DNA of 64,000 bases, taken from the NCBI RefSeq assembly GCF_016433145.1, contig NC_058131.1:658483394-658547393 (forward strand), given 5' to 3'. This DNA is from Gracilinanus agilis (lineage: Eukaryota). A model generated the notes under the pieces. The model saw nothing but the letters and a program-made list of their open reading frames with translations, did no database searches and had not been told where the DNA came from. Of this stretch, positions 1 through 13,400 are shown piece by piece; the stretch's first letter is position 1, and each line of letters starts with the position of its first letter. The position numbers and the translations under genes are program-made.

Positions 1-87
1 TATAATGAATATACATCTATACATATTCATATATAAAGACATGACTCAAAACTTTGTTCACTGTACCATCTAGCTGCCCACCTTAGA

Positions 88-275
88 GCTAGCATAGCTA
101 GATGGAATATTGTTGGAGGCAGGAATATATGAGTTCAATTCCTACCTCTTACATATTCTGGCTGTGTAACCCTAGTCAAGTCAAGTAACCCTTTCCAGAC
201 TATAAGTTGCTCTTCTTTATTAGTAGGAGTTTTTTCATCTGGGTCTTTCTATAACAAAGAAATCATGCAGGTGTG
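88..275 (+). mobile_element. CORE-SINE with 'agactataagttg...gagttt...ctata.caa.gaaatca' tail (MdoRep1-like)
   Basis: Decayed MIR-like head and core (gagttcaattcc...ctggctgtgtaaccctag) followed by a tail shared with the copies near 18.2, 22.5, 30.2 and 36.6 kb. Confidence 0.5.
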
Positions 276-309
276 TTCTTTTGTTTATTTTTAATGCAAA
301 AGAATATAA

Positions 310-440
310 ATGAGACTTGAAATTCTATAGTTAAGAATCTGGGGACCTGGATTCAAATCCTATCTTGGACTATCATTAAGAATGTGACTATGGACAGATT
401 TCTACAACTTCTCTGAATCGATTTCATCATTTGGACTTGA
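310..440 (+). mobile_element. MIR-like CORE-SINE fragment
   Basis: gacctggattcaaatcc...tgtgactatggac resembles the MIR head/core. Confidence 0.45.
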
Positions 441-504
441 GTAAATGCTCAGCCGTGTGCTACATGATCAGGCTTCTTGATGTGAAGAAAGCATCCTGTA
501 AGCG

Positions 505-720
505 CTCGGTCTTACATCTGTGATTTCTTAAGTGGCAGATGAGGGATACGCATTGTCCCCAAGCAGATTTAGGGTCCCGTGGAGCACTGGGATCATCAGT
601 GACTTACCCAGTGTCACCCAGTCAGTGTGTCAGCCTCAGGACTCAACGTCAGACCTTTCAGGCTAGGTGCTCAGCTCTGTGCCCATTATTCAGCAGGGCC
701 TCTTATAAACCTCCACTCTC
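505..720 (-). mobile_element. CORE-SINE (MdoRep1/MIR-like), reverse
   Basis: ggagcactg...agtgacttacccagtgtcacccag is the reverse-strand core motif. Confidence 0.45.
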
Positions 721-793
721 CTTATAAATGGGAGGGTTCTTGTAAGTAGGCTTTTTTGTTCCTTTGTTTCTTTTGTCAATCAGTGATGCTTCT

Positions 794-1036
794 GGGAGGC
801 TAAGTGGCACAGTGGATAGAGAGCTAGGTCTGGAGTCAGGAAGATTCATCTTCCTGTGTTCAATTCTGGCCTCAGACAGTCACTAGTGATGCTTCCCTGG
901 ACAACTCACTTAACTCTTCCTCTCAGTTTCCTCATCAGTAAAATGAGCCGGAGAAGGAAATGGTAAACTTCTCCAGTATCTCCACCAAAAAAACCTCAAA
1001 TGGGGTCAAGAAGAGTTAGAAACAACTGAATAACAA
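794..1036 (+). mobile_element. MAR1 CORE-SINE
   Basis: tRNA-like head (gtggcacagtggatagagagc), core, and RTE-type tail ggagaaggaaatggtaaacttctccagtatct...aatggggtcaagaagagttaga. Confidence 0.9.
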
Positions 1037-1064
1037 AGCTCAATAAAGTCTGTTGGGACACACT

Positions 1065-1255
1065 ATCACACAATGGAAAAAGAGCTAGCTTTGGCGGTAT
1101 TAACACCTGGGTTCAAATTCTGTCTCTATTGTTTTGCTAGCTGTGTGAATCTAAGCAAGTGACAACACTTAAGTGCCTCAGGAAACCTTCTAAAATTTGA
1201 CATGGTAAAATACTCACTAATCTCTTGTGATAGAGTGAGTTTTTCCATTGCAGTT
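1065..1255 (+). mobile_element. MIR-like SINE
   Basis: cctgggttcaaattctg...ctagctgtgtgaatctaagcaagtgac. Confidence 0.6.
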
Positions 1256-1349
1256 CTCTGCACAAGGAAATGGGAAGTCTTAAAAGAAGGAAGGATGTAA
1301 AGATGGAAGGAAAGAATGAAGGAACGAACAAGGAACAAACGAACAAATA

Positions 1350-1540
1350 AAAGACTGAATGGGGATCTGGTTTCAGAGTCCAGAAGAACTGAGTTCAAAT
1401 CTGATCTCTAAATAATATTGTCTGTTACTCTGGGTAAGTCATTTAACCCTGTTTGCCCCAATTCCTCACCTTTCAGTATCTTTGCTAAGAAAATCCCAAA
1501 TAGATTTAAGAAGAGCTGAATATGAGTGAAACTCTTTCAC
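1350..1540 (+). mobile_element. MAR1 CORE-SINE, decayed
   Basis: agtccagaagaactgagttcaaatctg...ctgggtaagtcatttaaccctgtttgccc...cagtatctttgctaagaaaatcccaaat. Confidence 0.75.
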
Positions 1541-1739
1541 AACATCATTGGATATTAATGAGAGCTCATGGTAAAATAAATACCATCAGCAAGGTTAATC
1601 AGCAAATTGTCCATAATTTTATTCTTAAAGAATTGCCTAAAGAAATTAGAGGTAAACTGATTTGTTTAGTCACACTGCTCATATATGTCAGAGGTAGGAA
1701 GTAATAGAGTTTGGGGTCATTGTCCTTTAAGTTCCTCCA

Positions 1740-1845
1740 TTAGACTTGTTTTGAGAGCAGAGTTTTTTGCTTCTTTTTGTGACTTCACTACTTAGCACAC
1801 TGTCTGAAACAAAGTAAATGATCAATAAATGTTTATTGACTGATG
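1740..1845 (+). mobile_element. L2 LINE 3' end
   Basis: cttagcacactgtctgaaacaaagtaaatgatcaataaatgtttattgactga is a typical L2 terminus. Confidence 0.65.
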
Positions 1846-2189
1846 ACTCTATCCAGTACTACCATGTTCTTCGATGTTATCAACATCAGTAGTTATCAAT
1901 GGATAGAGAATGTATAACAGATCCGTAAACAATAACAATAAATCATTAAAAGAGTAAAAGTGAGGTATACTATTATTCCATGTAATATCCAAAGCAAATA
2001 AATTGCTTGTATTTAAAAGATGAGTGAAATCTGCATGAAGGAGATGAATGATGGCTTGTTTTAGAATGGTGTCAAGAGAAAAAAAAGTGGAAAAAAAGAA
2101 TGCTTCACAAAAATACTTAAGGTGGTTGTGGTTGTTGAATTAAATGTACCCATATATCTCATTGAATATGTATAATGTATATAGTGCTA

Positions 2190-2940
2190 AGGGTAACTTT
2201 GAAGAAATCAAAGCCATATAGAGGTATATGAAAAATACTCTAAGGCACTACTGATTAGAGAAATGCAAACCAAAACAAATGTGAGGCATCAGCTCATACC
2301 CATAAGAAGATTGCTAAAATGACAAAAAGGCAAAATGACAAATGTTAAAGGGGATGTGGAAAGAATGAAGATACTAATACACTGTTGGTGGAACTGTAAA
2401 CGGATCCAAGTGTTTTGGAAAGCATTTGGAGTTACACCTAGAGATTTATAAAACTGTGTATACCTTTAGCTCCATTAATACTATTGCTGGGTCTGTTTGC
2501 CAAGGAGATCAGGGGAAAAGGAAAGAAAAATAACCTACACGTTTTAAAATATTTATTTCAGCTCTCTTTGCAGTGGTAAAGAACTGTAAATCAAGAGGAT
2601 GTTGATCAATTGGAGAATGGCTAAACAAATTGCAGTATATGATTGTGATGGAATACTACTGTGCTAGAAGAAAGAAAAAAAATTATTTTAACTTGGAAAG
2701 AACTACATGAGATAATGAAGAGCGAAATGAGTAAACACAAAAGAACATCATATGCAGCTACAGATTTAATATTCGAAGAACAACTTGTGAATGTCCACCT
2801 ACAGAGAATGAACTGAAAAATAGAAACAAAAAAGACATAATCTATTTATGCATATCTGTTTGCCAGATGATGCTTCCTAAGGTGTAGGAAGGAGAGAGAA
2901 GAGATGAAATACCTGGAAATAAATTCTATTAATTTTTTAA
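2190..2940 (+). mobile_element. Old L1 3' fragment (end of ORF2 plus 3'UTR)
   Basis: attagagaaatgcaaaccaaaac...ggggatgtgg...atacactgttggtggaactgtaaa (IREMQxKT / GCG / HCWWNC region, disabled). Confidence 0.9.
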
Positions 2941-3829
2941 ACGTTAACTTTGGAATATTGATGATCATTTTGATTACATCAGATTGAAAGTTTGTCCTCT
3001 TCTAAGAAGTGAGAGCATTGAATTAAATGACCTGTAAGTTCCTTTCTAGTTTCAAATACCTTGATGCAATAAGGAATTTTTCTTTTTTGTGCAATAATGA
3101 AAATGCCTCCCTTTTATTCATTTAAGAACATTGAACTTAACATAATGATTTGTGACACCAGTCTTATCGCATGATGTTTTTCATAACCATCTGGACAGGG
3201 GACAAAATAATTTCAAAAGGAAGGGGCAGATTATCATAATGAAAAAGATTACTATATGAAAATTAACCAGAAGTCTCTGTTGAGGATTAGATGGAAAAAC
3301 ATAAATTAACATTTTTTCCTCTGTGTCTGCAAGATGAAAGAATACCACCTCTCTTTCCCTTCTCTACTTGACTTCAAAATATTAGTTACAAAAAGAAGCA
3401 TTGGTTCTTCTACTACTTCTTTTTTTATTTCTGCCCCTGAGATACTGAAGGATATTTAGCATAGTCAATGAATATCTAAGCCAATTGACATACATTCTTA
3501 TACCATCCCATTAGAGAAAACTTAAACAAACAAGAGAAATCAATCAGTTTTTGCCATCTTTCTACCAATGTAGATAAGGATTAATAGTAGGATCATCTTG
3601 GCTTTTTGGAAACATGGTATACCTGAAGAATAAATTAACATCATATACAGTTTACCTTGTGCAGACATTAGGTTTTCACCTTGGACCTTGAAGTACTTTC
3701 ATTTTCTCAAAGTGCCCAGAGTTAATATTCTCTACTTACTGCTATTATGAGTTTGAAGATTTTGACAAAAATCTTCTTAATTTCTAGGCGTCTCTGATTA
3801 TCACTTCAAAAAGCCAAGAATCACAAGGG

Positions 3830-4020
3830 ATCGTATACAAGACTTGGAATTTGGAAGACCTGAGTTGAAATCTCTACCTCAGGTATTTATAACCTGGGTA
3901 ACCTAGAGCAAGTCATTTAACCTCTTGATTTCATTTATATTAGCTTATAAAAGAAGAGGGGACAAGATGAGAACCAAGTGTAAAATACTTAAACCTTAAA
4001 TTTTATATAATAGTTACTAT
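3830..4020 (+). mobile_element. MIR-like SINE
   Basis: ggaagacctgagttgaaatc...ctagagcaagtcatttaacctc. Confidence 0.65.
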
Positions 4021-4169
4021 CTAATTGTTATATTATATATACATTTTATTATATTAAATACACATTGTAAAAGATGATGTGTTATACTATGAGGAGACCT
4101 GAATATATATTTATCTTGCATTTATCTTATATTCTAGCTTGGGTATACATATGTGCTCCACCTCAACTC

Positions 4170-4760
4170 CTGCAGCAGTAGAATATAAGCTCTCTGAAGT
4201 TAGGGATTGTTTTCTTTTTTTCTTTATATTTACAATACCTACATAATGCCTGGCACATAGTAATCATTTAACAAAGGTGTTTATTGAATTCGGTTGAATT
4301 ATCTTCATTCCAGTTGTTTAATCTCTGAGGATCTCAGTTCCTCATCAGTAAAATGTTGGCACTGTATAATAGAAACCACTCTCAGACCTACCTTTCAGGT
4401 CTGTATCTATGACTCATATCCATCTCTTGCCTTCCATCTCTCTTAGTTTCCTCTAATGCCTTCCAGATTCAGTTTAAATTCTCCCTCTTATAGGAAAGCA
4501 TTAATGGTTCCTACCAGGTGCCATTAATTTTTCTCTTAGAGATGACCTTCTATATACAGTGAACATTATAAATCTTACATCATATATTTATATATTGTAT
4601 CTTTTATTAGAATGTACTTCCCTGGGGGGCAGGGACTGAGTTTCTGGTGGAATGTTTTTTTTTTGTTTTGTTTTATTTTTATTTTACTTTCTTTGCATCC
4701 CCAGAACTTAGTAGTAGTAGTGTCTCTGTTATAGATTCTTAATAAATACTTGTTAACCAG
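4170..4760 (+). mobile_element. L2 3' fragments (two termini with a MIR piece between)
   Basis: gaatataagctctctgaagttagggattg...tgcctggcacatagtaatc; a second terminus gggggcagggactg...cttaataaatacttgtt. Confidence 0.6.
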
Positions 4761-5136
4761 TTGTCTGATTCTGTGACCTGTGAGATGGTCTCTATAGTTC
4801 CTTTCATTATAAGATTCTTTGACTAAATAAAGAGTATTCTATGTTATCCCTATCAAAAATGAAAACTTCAAGATAAAAACTAATAGAAAAATCAAATTTT
4901 AAAACATGATATTTAAAGGGAAATGGTAGAATGTGGAGGAGAGTATATTTCAATAAAAATAGTTTTGTAAGGTCAAATGTGAATTTAAGTGGGTTTAATA
5001 TAAATATAGAAAAAGAACTAAACTCTATAAATATGAAGTGTGTGCATATCGGGAAGTAAGAACACAACTAATACAAAAAAGGTTGAAATATTGGTTTCTA
5101 TGAACTGAATATCCAGGTCCTATTTTCCATTGGCAA

Positions 5137-5184
<48 letters not shown>
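5137..5184. repeat. (ATCT)12 microsatellite
   Basis: Perfect tetranucleotide run, 48 bp. Confidence 0.98.
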
Positions 5185-6479
5185 CAATTCATTCATTTAT
5201 TTACACATTCAGGGTATTTACTTATATTATTTACTTATTTGATGCATAAGCATTGGGACTAGGTATTCTTCATTTTAAAAATAGGATTCATTCCTTTAAT
5301 AATAGTTTTGCCAATTTGAGATTTACAGAACAAAAATTATTAGAAAGCAACTGGGTAGAAAGGAAATTTAGCAAATCGCTGGTTTCCTGCAAGCTTGCAC
5401 TGTTAGTGAAAGATAATTTGATGAATGAATTTCAAATATACGATTGAATTGCATGGCAAATTCCTTTATTGCCTGTGGAAGATTGAGCGGAAAAAAAAAA
5501 GTCTGACTCATCCTGGGTATACCTGAAGGCAGTTTTTAGACAAGTCAAGGGAATGTTTGTTTGCATGAGGAAGCTGCATGGCTGGAACTGCTGCACTGTG
5601 TTTATAAACGAGTAGGCAAGTTATTGTGCAGAATGCCAGATAATTTTGTGCTAGGATGACTTTTATTGATGTTTCCTCATTAAAAATTGTTTTGCTTTCA
5701 GAGGGAGAGTTTGGAATCTTTTTGGAATATACCTTACTTTATTGTTGAATCCCTTTGGAGTAGTAGTCCTAAGAAGAGAAAGTCATAAAATTCTATCACT
5801 AATTAGATGTGTGCTTATGGGTAAGTAATTTTCCTTCTCTGGGCTTAATTTCTCATTTTTTAGGACAATAGTATTTTCAATAAATTTAAAAGGACTTTGA
5901 AAAGAATGGTTATCAATTTAACTTCACATATGTATATATAAATATATATATATTTATATATACATGCACACACATAGATATATGACGCATAGGCTTATAT
6001 GATACTAACATTATTCTACAGAGAGGAAGACTGTAAGTCAACCACATGTTCACCAAAACATAAAAGAGTTAATCACAAGGCACCATTGAAAACATTTCAA
6101 TGGAATAATAACTAACCCCTCATATTAAAGTGGTACACTGATTTCATCATCTCATATTCCAAGCAGATAAAAAAGATTATTGTTCAAAGCCTGCCATAGA
6201 AAAGTCTACTAGTGTGTGTGTATATAATTTGGGCTCATATCATTTTAATAAGGATACTGGCTGTCAATGAGATTGAAAAGGTCTAGGCTGATGCCCAGAT
6301 GAAAAAAGAATGATGACAGGTTAACTTTTCCTTTGGAAACTCAAAAGCAAAAAATAATATGATGTGATTGATTTATTATAAGTAGACATACTGATGGGGA
6401 GATCAAGGCATTTTTGTTTATTTGTTTGAAAGGTACTTATGGAAAGCTCATTTTTTCCAGATCTCTAGAATCAAAGAAA

Positions 6480-6900
6480 GTCAGAATAAGACTGGACTTT
6501 GGAGCTCAATTTAATGATAGGCAGCATGATTAAAGGCATGGTGTCTAATATGAGACAGATGATAATTCTTCAAGACTTTGCCTTTGTCAAGGCCCATTTG
6601 TAGTTTATATTCAATTAAGGATATAATGTTTTAGGAAGGACATTGGCAAGCAACGTGATATCCAGCTTATTGTAAACAGGAGGAATAAGTGACACCATAT
6701 AATTGGAATATTTGTTGAAGGATCTAAAGATCTTAAGGTTGGAGAAAAGATGTATCAGCAAGACATGATAATTGCCTTTTTAAATTAATTAAATGAGTAT
6801 CATGTGAATGTTGAATTAGACTTCTTGACATCAGAGTCCAAGACTAGGAATAATGTATAGCGTTTTTAGAGGGGTTGATATAGGTGGAAGAAATAGGAAG
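6480..6900 (+). mobile_element. CR1/L3 LINE fragment
   Basis: gtcaaggcccatttgtagtttatattcaatt...ttttaggaaggacattggcaag...ttggagaaaagatg matches the L3 RT C-terminal region. Confidence 0.7.
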
Positions 6901-8039
6901 AAAACATAAGTTCCAAATAACTTTAGCTATAAAAAAGGTGGGGGAGGAAGGGACTCCTTTGGAGAAAAAGTGGCTTCATGATTAAAAATCTTTCAGTAAA
7001 AGCTGAATGGATATACATGTGTATCACAAATACTATACAGGGGATTCTTGTTTAGATGTACTTTGAACTAATTGTCTCTAAAATCACCTTCAGAGTTGGA
7101 CGCTATAATTCAATAATCTTCTAGTTCAACCATTTCATTTTACAAATGATGAAAATGAGGATCTCAAAGGTTAAAGTTCTTCCTTAATATAATACAGTTT
7201 GTCATGTAACTGAGGCTTGATAGCAACCATGTTTTTTATAGTGCTCTTTCCATACTTTTTAGTGGAAGACCTTGATAAATTACTTGGAGCCCATGATATG
7301 GCATGGAAAAATATAACTAAAGGAGAACATCATACAATGGTAAATAGAGTCAGCACTTGGAACTGTGAAGAAATGTGTGGCTCTGGGCAAGTCACTTGAT
7401 GTCAATATGCATGTTTCATCATAAAAAAATAAAGGAGTGGAGCTCAATGACCTCTAAACTTGCTTCCAACTCTAAATCTCTCATCTTATTAATTTGGTTC
7501 TCTATGATTTCCTCCCTAAAATACCTTAGAAGTTTAGCTGAAAAGCAGGCAATCTCTTCATTTTCCATGTAGTATGAACCAAAACTTTCCAATAAAGTCT
7601 GACTCTGATGGTTCAAAAAAGTGTAGAGATGATCCTAGATTTAAAGAAAAAATCCCAAACCCATACTGGTATGTTCACGCTTGAGAGCCTTCACGTAAAG
7701 CTATTTGCTAGCAGATGGTATATCTATTAAAAAGGTTATATAATTGAAACCTATTTCCTCATGACTCCAAGTTGAAAGCTTTATTCATTACACTATACCC
7801 AATTTGGACAGGTATGTCATCAGGTTAGTCATATAAAGCTATATTTTTGGCCACATCAATCTCTCAAAACTTCCTACCAATTTGCAGAAGTTATTTTCTC
7901 CAACATCCAAGGGAGCAATCATATGGATGAAATGGAAGAGTCTGAAAGTAACAATGTAGAAATCACATCAGTCTATAGAGCATGTATTTCGATGGCTTCT
8001 ATTTGTGCAATGTCTAAAAGCATAAATGTTAAAAGTGCC

Positions 8040-8250
8040 AACAATGACCACATTGCCACTACACAATGAACACTCCAGATTACATCACAAACCAGATTAA
8101 AATGTAATTGTGAAATATTTAACAAGATAAATAAAATAATTAGAGCATAAATAGTTTATGTGTGGTTTTTACAACTCAAGATGTGACCCATAATGATCTT
8201 TATTTACATGCCAGTGGCTTCTATCTGAATCTGACACTTTTGCCTTAATA
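8040..8250. mobile_element. hAT-Charlie-type MITE, decayed
   Basis: aaccagattaaaatgtaattgtgaaatatttaacaa...tgaatctgacac; homologous to the copy at 34708-34915. Confidence 0.6.
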
Positions 8251-9094
8251 CATTTTTAAAAGTTCCCCAAAACTATTGCTGAAATTGAATGAACTCTTCT
8301 TGCATCTAAGAGTAGCCATGAATATTTGGAAAATGATAAAATGCATTCAGATTTGTCCATCTTTAAGGGACAGGGTTTGAATGATTATAATGATCTGAAT
8401 GAGTGACCCTTGAATATAAAATGCTCTATTTGCACAGATCTACTTGGCTATTTCTATGGGTTTTAAAAATACCTCTGGCTACACATTTTCCCTCATTTGT
8501 GATTCAACACTTGAATCAAGCTTACAGGCTCTGCTGCTTACCAAATAGGAAGGGACTCAGAAAATTAAACTGTTTAGTAAACAAAGTTGTCCATAGGGAA
8601 ATCATTAGGAAAACCTGATCAACTGGAGGTACTCAGTTGAAAGTAAAACAGTCCCTTGCATCAAGTAGAGGCGATGCCTTTTGAGAAAGCACTTTGGATA
8701 GGGATAGAGGTGCACCAGAAAAGTACTTGAACATTTAATTTTTTAATTGATTTTTTTACATGTCTGCCTCTGCTTTATAATGAAATCTGTTCCAGGAATG
8801 TGTGAATTGGTGTCAAGGAGGTGCAATTAAGGTAAAAGAGATTCACAGATTTCCTGCTAGCTGTTGGAAATGAGAAATCTAAAATTGTTCTCAAGACACT
8901 AGGATTAAAACCTGCTTCAAAAGCAAAAGCAGGATGGTTCAAAATCTTCTATACTCCTGTAGACACAGTTAGTACTCTGCAGTTCATTTACATACCCCAT
9001 TGTATCACATAGCTGAGGGCTATAAATAGGAGAGTGTTAAGGTAAAGTTAATCATTTTATAATAAAATATGAATTTAATGAACTCTGTGCAATG

Positions 9095-9350
9095 GGAAAT
9101 TAGCTAGGTGGTGAAATGGATAGAGCTCCAGGTTTGGAGTAAGGAAGACTTTATCTTCCCATGTTTAAATCTGTCCTCAGACACTTACTAGCTGTGTGAT
9201 CCTAAGCAAGTCATTTAAACCTGTTTGCCTCAGTTTCCTAAAGTACAAAATGAGATGAAGAAGGAAATGGCAAATGACTACAGTATCTTTGCCAAGAAAA
9301 TACAAAATGAGGTCATTAAGAATCAGACATGACTGAAATGCCTTAATAAA
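9095..9350 (+). mobile_element. MAR1 CORE-SINE
   Basis: Head, core and tail gaaggaaatggcaaatgactacagtatctttgccaagaaaat...cagacatgactgaa. Confidence 0.9.
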
Positions 9351-9404
9351 AATCATAAAAAATGTAATGGCAAGCATCTTTTTTTATATATTCCTTATAA
9401 TTTA

Positions 9405-9690
9405 TACTGGATCACAGATACTCAGAACTGGAAGGAACCTCAGAGAACACTTAGCCCACGAGTCCAAGGCACATCTATGCATAAATCACATCTAGAATAT
9501 CTCTGAAAAGGTAGCATTTTGCTTTTCTTAGTGACCTCTGCAGAAGGGCAATCCACTATCTCTCAAGGTAATTCAATCCACTTTTGGACAGTGTTATCAG
9601 AATATTTTTCTCCTCTTACATAAAGCCCAAATCTACCCTATTCAGAACTTTCTAGTTCTGTCTTCTAGATATACCTTCTGATTTTCGAAC
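9405..9690 (-). mobile_element. CR1/L3 3' end, reverse
   Basis: ggatcacagat...agaactggaaggaacctcagag...ccactatctctcaaggtaattcaatccacttttggacag. Confidence 0.7.
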
Positions 9691-10084
9691 AAATCACTTT
9701 AATAAGTACTCATTATATATCTATTGTTGATAGAGAACTATTAGGCACTGGAAAATAATATTAAGTTTGGTTAACACATTGTGCCATTTGCACAAAATAT
9801 CATCAGTGGGTGTATTTGCCCAGAAAATGGTATAGTCAAAGGATAACAGATAACCAAGTATGTCACTGATATTGAGTTCAGGTGACCTTTTTTTTGAACC
9901 CCCTTTTTTTAAATCTCCTCAGCTGTTATGTTAGCAATCACTTACTCTTCTCAAAATTATCATGTTTATGCTTACCTGATTACATAGGATAATAGATTTA
10001 GCGTTGGAAGGAACCTCATTTTGTATCATCACTTCAAATATGAATGGATAATTTCAGAAAAATGATGCTATAAATAATTGTTAT

Positions 10085-10320
10085 ATAGTAGTTAATGTTC
10101 TGGACTTAAATTCAGGAAGTCTTTATTTCAGATCATGCCGCAGACAGTAACTAGCTATTTGAAGTTGGAAAGATGATTTAATCTCCCCCAGACATGAATT
10201 CTTCATCTGCCAAATGGTCATATTAATAACACTCTTATGAGATTGGCATAAGGATTGAATAAAATAATATAAATAAAGAATTTTGCAAATATTAATGTAC
10301 TAAATAAGTTCTAGTTATTA
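10085..10320 (+). mobile_element. MIR-like SINE
   Basis: ctggacttaaattcaggaag...atttaatctccccc...catctgccaaatgg...aggattgaataaaataatat. Confidence 0.65.
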
Positions 10321-10894
10321 TTTCCTGTCAATATAAGATTTCCTCTTGTTCTCTACTTCAAAAGCACACAAAAGTGCAATAGTAAACTTCAAATTCACAT
10401 AAATCTCTTGTGGAACATTTCATGCTTTTAGAGCTAAAAATATAACATTTCAATTCTCAGGTAGTAATGACAATCTTTAATAATAATAGCCTATAAGTGA
10501 AACAAAGTTAAAGATTTCCTCACTATGTTCCATTAAATTCTACTTTCATTCAAGTTGTATTTTTTTATTTTTCTTGAACAGGTTCTCCCTAGGATTAAAT
10601 ATATGTTTGCATAAATACTGTATTTCTCTTTCACATGTATCCTAAAAACAGATGTTCACAAATAATCAAACCATGGGTCGTATATAGGGAAAGGATTAAA
10701 AAAACTATATTTGATAAAAAATCTCAATCTTCTATATATTTTGCAGGATTTTCATATAGATTTAGTTATCTTCCTTTTCAGCTTTTGCTAGTAAGACTAT
10801 GACATATTTAGTTGGCATCTTATAGATAGTCCTGGGAATGAAAAAATGGTGGTGCATAATAAAATATTGAGGTTATCTTTGGTCAGAGTGATTT

Positions 10895-11350
10895 GGAATT
10901 ATAGAATATTAAAGCTGAATAAGATCTCACTAATTTTTGTCTGACTTGTACCAGAAAGGATACTTCAATACAACATATTTAACTGAGAATACTCAAGCAC
11001 ACATAGTACATCTTTTTGGAGGTTACTCCTAATATCTTTTGAAGGATACCCTATAACCCAAGGTCACCTAATACTGTGATTAAGTTTCTTGCCCCTTTTT
11101 ATCTAGTCTAAATGTAAAACATCTTTAGATGTATATTTGTGGAAGAGAACCTCTTAAATATTTATGTCACACATTTTGCACTATAATAATGTTTAAGTAT
11201 TTGCCCAGTTGCTTCTGAAATAACCTATGTATAAACATTTTCAGTATTGAGGGAGACATTAATTTTCCATGTAGCTTTATCCATTTCAGACAGTCTTATT
11301 TCTTATTTTCTGCAAATATCTGTTTTCTTGGTTCTTAACACATTTGTCTC
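10895..11350 (-). mobile_element. CR1/L3 fragment, reverse
   Basis: ggaattatagaatattaaagctgaataagatc...tttttatctagtctaaat resembles an L3 3' end. Confidence 0.45.
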
Positions 11351-11409
11351 ATATCAAGACTACTCCTGAGCCACAAAACAAAGTCTAAATTTTCATTAAA
11401 TTTCATTAA

Positions 11410-12900
11410 GCAATAAAATTTAAGAAGCATTTATTAAGCACCTATTATAAATAACGTTCCTTGCTACATACTGGGAATTTGGAAGGTGATTTAAAAGAAA
11501 CAGTCCTTTATTGAAGAACTTTATGTTATAGTGCAGTGATTCCCAAAGTGGGCACCACCACCCCCTGGTGGGTGCTGCAGAGATCCAGTGGAGTGGTGAT
11601 GGCCACAGGTGCATTTATCTTTCCTATTAATTGCTATTAAAATTTTAAAAAATTTATTTCCAGGGACCTAAGTAATATTATTCTAGAAAGGGGGCAGTAG
11701 GACAAAAAAGTTTGGGAACCACTGTAATATAGTGGGTTGGAATATATTTTGAAGATTAAACAAATAAATAATAATATGAGGAAAGAATGTACATTAACAA
11801 GAGGAAATATCAAGGAAGATTTCTATAGGGCATGATACCTTTTTAAATGATTGAAAGCATTCCAAAAGAAGGATATTTGCAATAACACAATTTAAAGTCA
11901 ATAAGGTTTTAGAGAAAATGAGAAAAGGATGGGTTAGAGAAGAATGGGACATATTGGAAAGAAAAGTATCAATTAAAAGACAATGGAAATACTCTAGGTC
12001 AGAAGAAACATGGGATGGAAACTAGACTAGATATTTTGGGGTCAAGAGAATAAGACAGATTTGACATATACTAGATAGATAATCAATAAAAGTTGATGAC
12101 TTATGAGATATGGAGTATGAAACAGAGGGAAAAGTCAGGCATATATACACAATCTTGTCAGTATGTGTGACTGGCAATGATATTGGTTACCTCAATAGAA
12201 ACATATTTATTTAGGGAAAATTGTACAGGTTGAGTTAGAGTTTCTCAGGGAATATACAAAGAGAGAAGTATAAGGCAGCTGATGATTCCTGCTTGGAATT
12301 CAAAGAAAAATAGATATGACTGCATTCAAAGATTTGGCATTTATCTGCATGTAGCAAATAGTCGAATCTATTTCAACCTAATATGATCATTAAGAGAGAA
12401 AAAGAGAAATAACATCAGAAGGCTCAGTGAAAATAAATCTTGAGGGACATTCATATTGGTCAGTGGAGGATAGATAATGTTCTAGCACAGCAAACTAAGC
12501 ATTCAAACATGAAGGAGATAAACAGAAGGTGATAGTGTCATAGAAATCAAAGGAGAAAATCCAGGACATAAAAATAAGACCAAATGAAGTGGAGAGGTCA
12601 AGCAGAATGAAAGCTGAGAAAAGATAATAAGATTTGGCAATTAAGACATTGCTGGACTTTGAAGAAAGCAATTTCAAAAGATTGGTAGAGTCAGAAGCTA
12701 GTTTGTGAGAAACTAAGATGTAAGTGGCAGGCAATAAATGGAGATAACATTCTAGAAGACAATGAAATGGAAAAGAGGTGTGAATGACTTGACTTGAGAG
12801 CTTGAAGTCCTGGCAAGGATAAGTGGAGGTCTTTATGGATGGGAGAGACATATGTATGTTTGAAGGCATGAAATGAAGGAGGCAGTAGAAAAGCAGACCT
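11410..12900 (-). mobile_element. L2 LINE, reverse, interrupted by a hAT MITE
   Basis: 3' terminus aagcatttattaagcacctatt at the left; minus-strand translation FILLDLSTSF matches the L2 RT motif LILLDLSAAFD. Confidence 0.85.
11534..11724 (+). mobile_element. hAT-family non-autonomous MITE (~190 bp), copy A
   Basis: TIRs CAGTGATTCCCAAA / TTTGGGAACCACTG; clearly homologous to 52862-53050 in the opposite orientation. Confidence 0.9.
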
Positions 12901-13019
12901 TAACAATCACTACTTTGCCATTTTCTTTGACCATTACTCCTATAATATGATTCTGCAGACATGAGTAGGAGGTTTAATTTTATTTTCATCCCTTGTGTGG
13001 TGCATATAACTGAAGAGAG

Positions 13020-13400
13020 TAATCCAGAAGCATTACACTCAAGAAAGAATAAAGAATGAGTTCTAGACACTATATATTTGAATAAAATTATATGTGTGTA
13101 TATAAAACATATACAGCAATGTAAATGAAAAGAAAAATACCAAAACACATAACTGAAAAATGTTTAATTATATGAAAATTTTATCCCAAAAGAAGAGAAG
13201 AGAAAATTTACTTCTTTCCCTTTTCTGCAGAGGTGGTAAACTATTAGTGTGAAATATTGTGCAACAGTCAAACAAATTTTATTTTTTGCTAAAGAGGTAA
13301 TTCCCTCCTTTTAATAATTAATCATTCCTTTGTTTGGCTTCATTAGGAAAGGATGAGTAAAGATACAATTGGAAAAGAAAAAAGATAAAACAAAAAAACA
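13020..13400 (+). mobile_element. Old marsupial L1 3'UTR fragment
   Basis: ttctttcccttttctgcagaggtggtaaactattagtgtgaaatattg; similar motif at ~59300-59400. Confidence 0.55.

Noticed and set aside
12495-12869. 124-aa minus-strand ORF
   Set aside because: Decayed L2 reverse-transcriptase region (ILLDLS motif)
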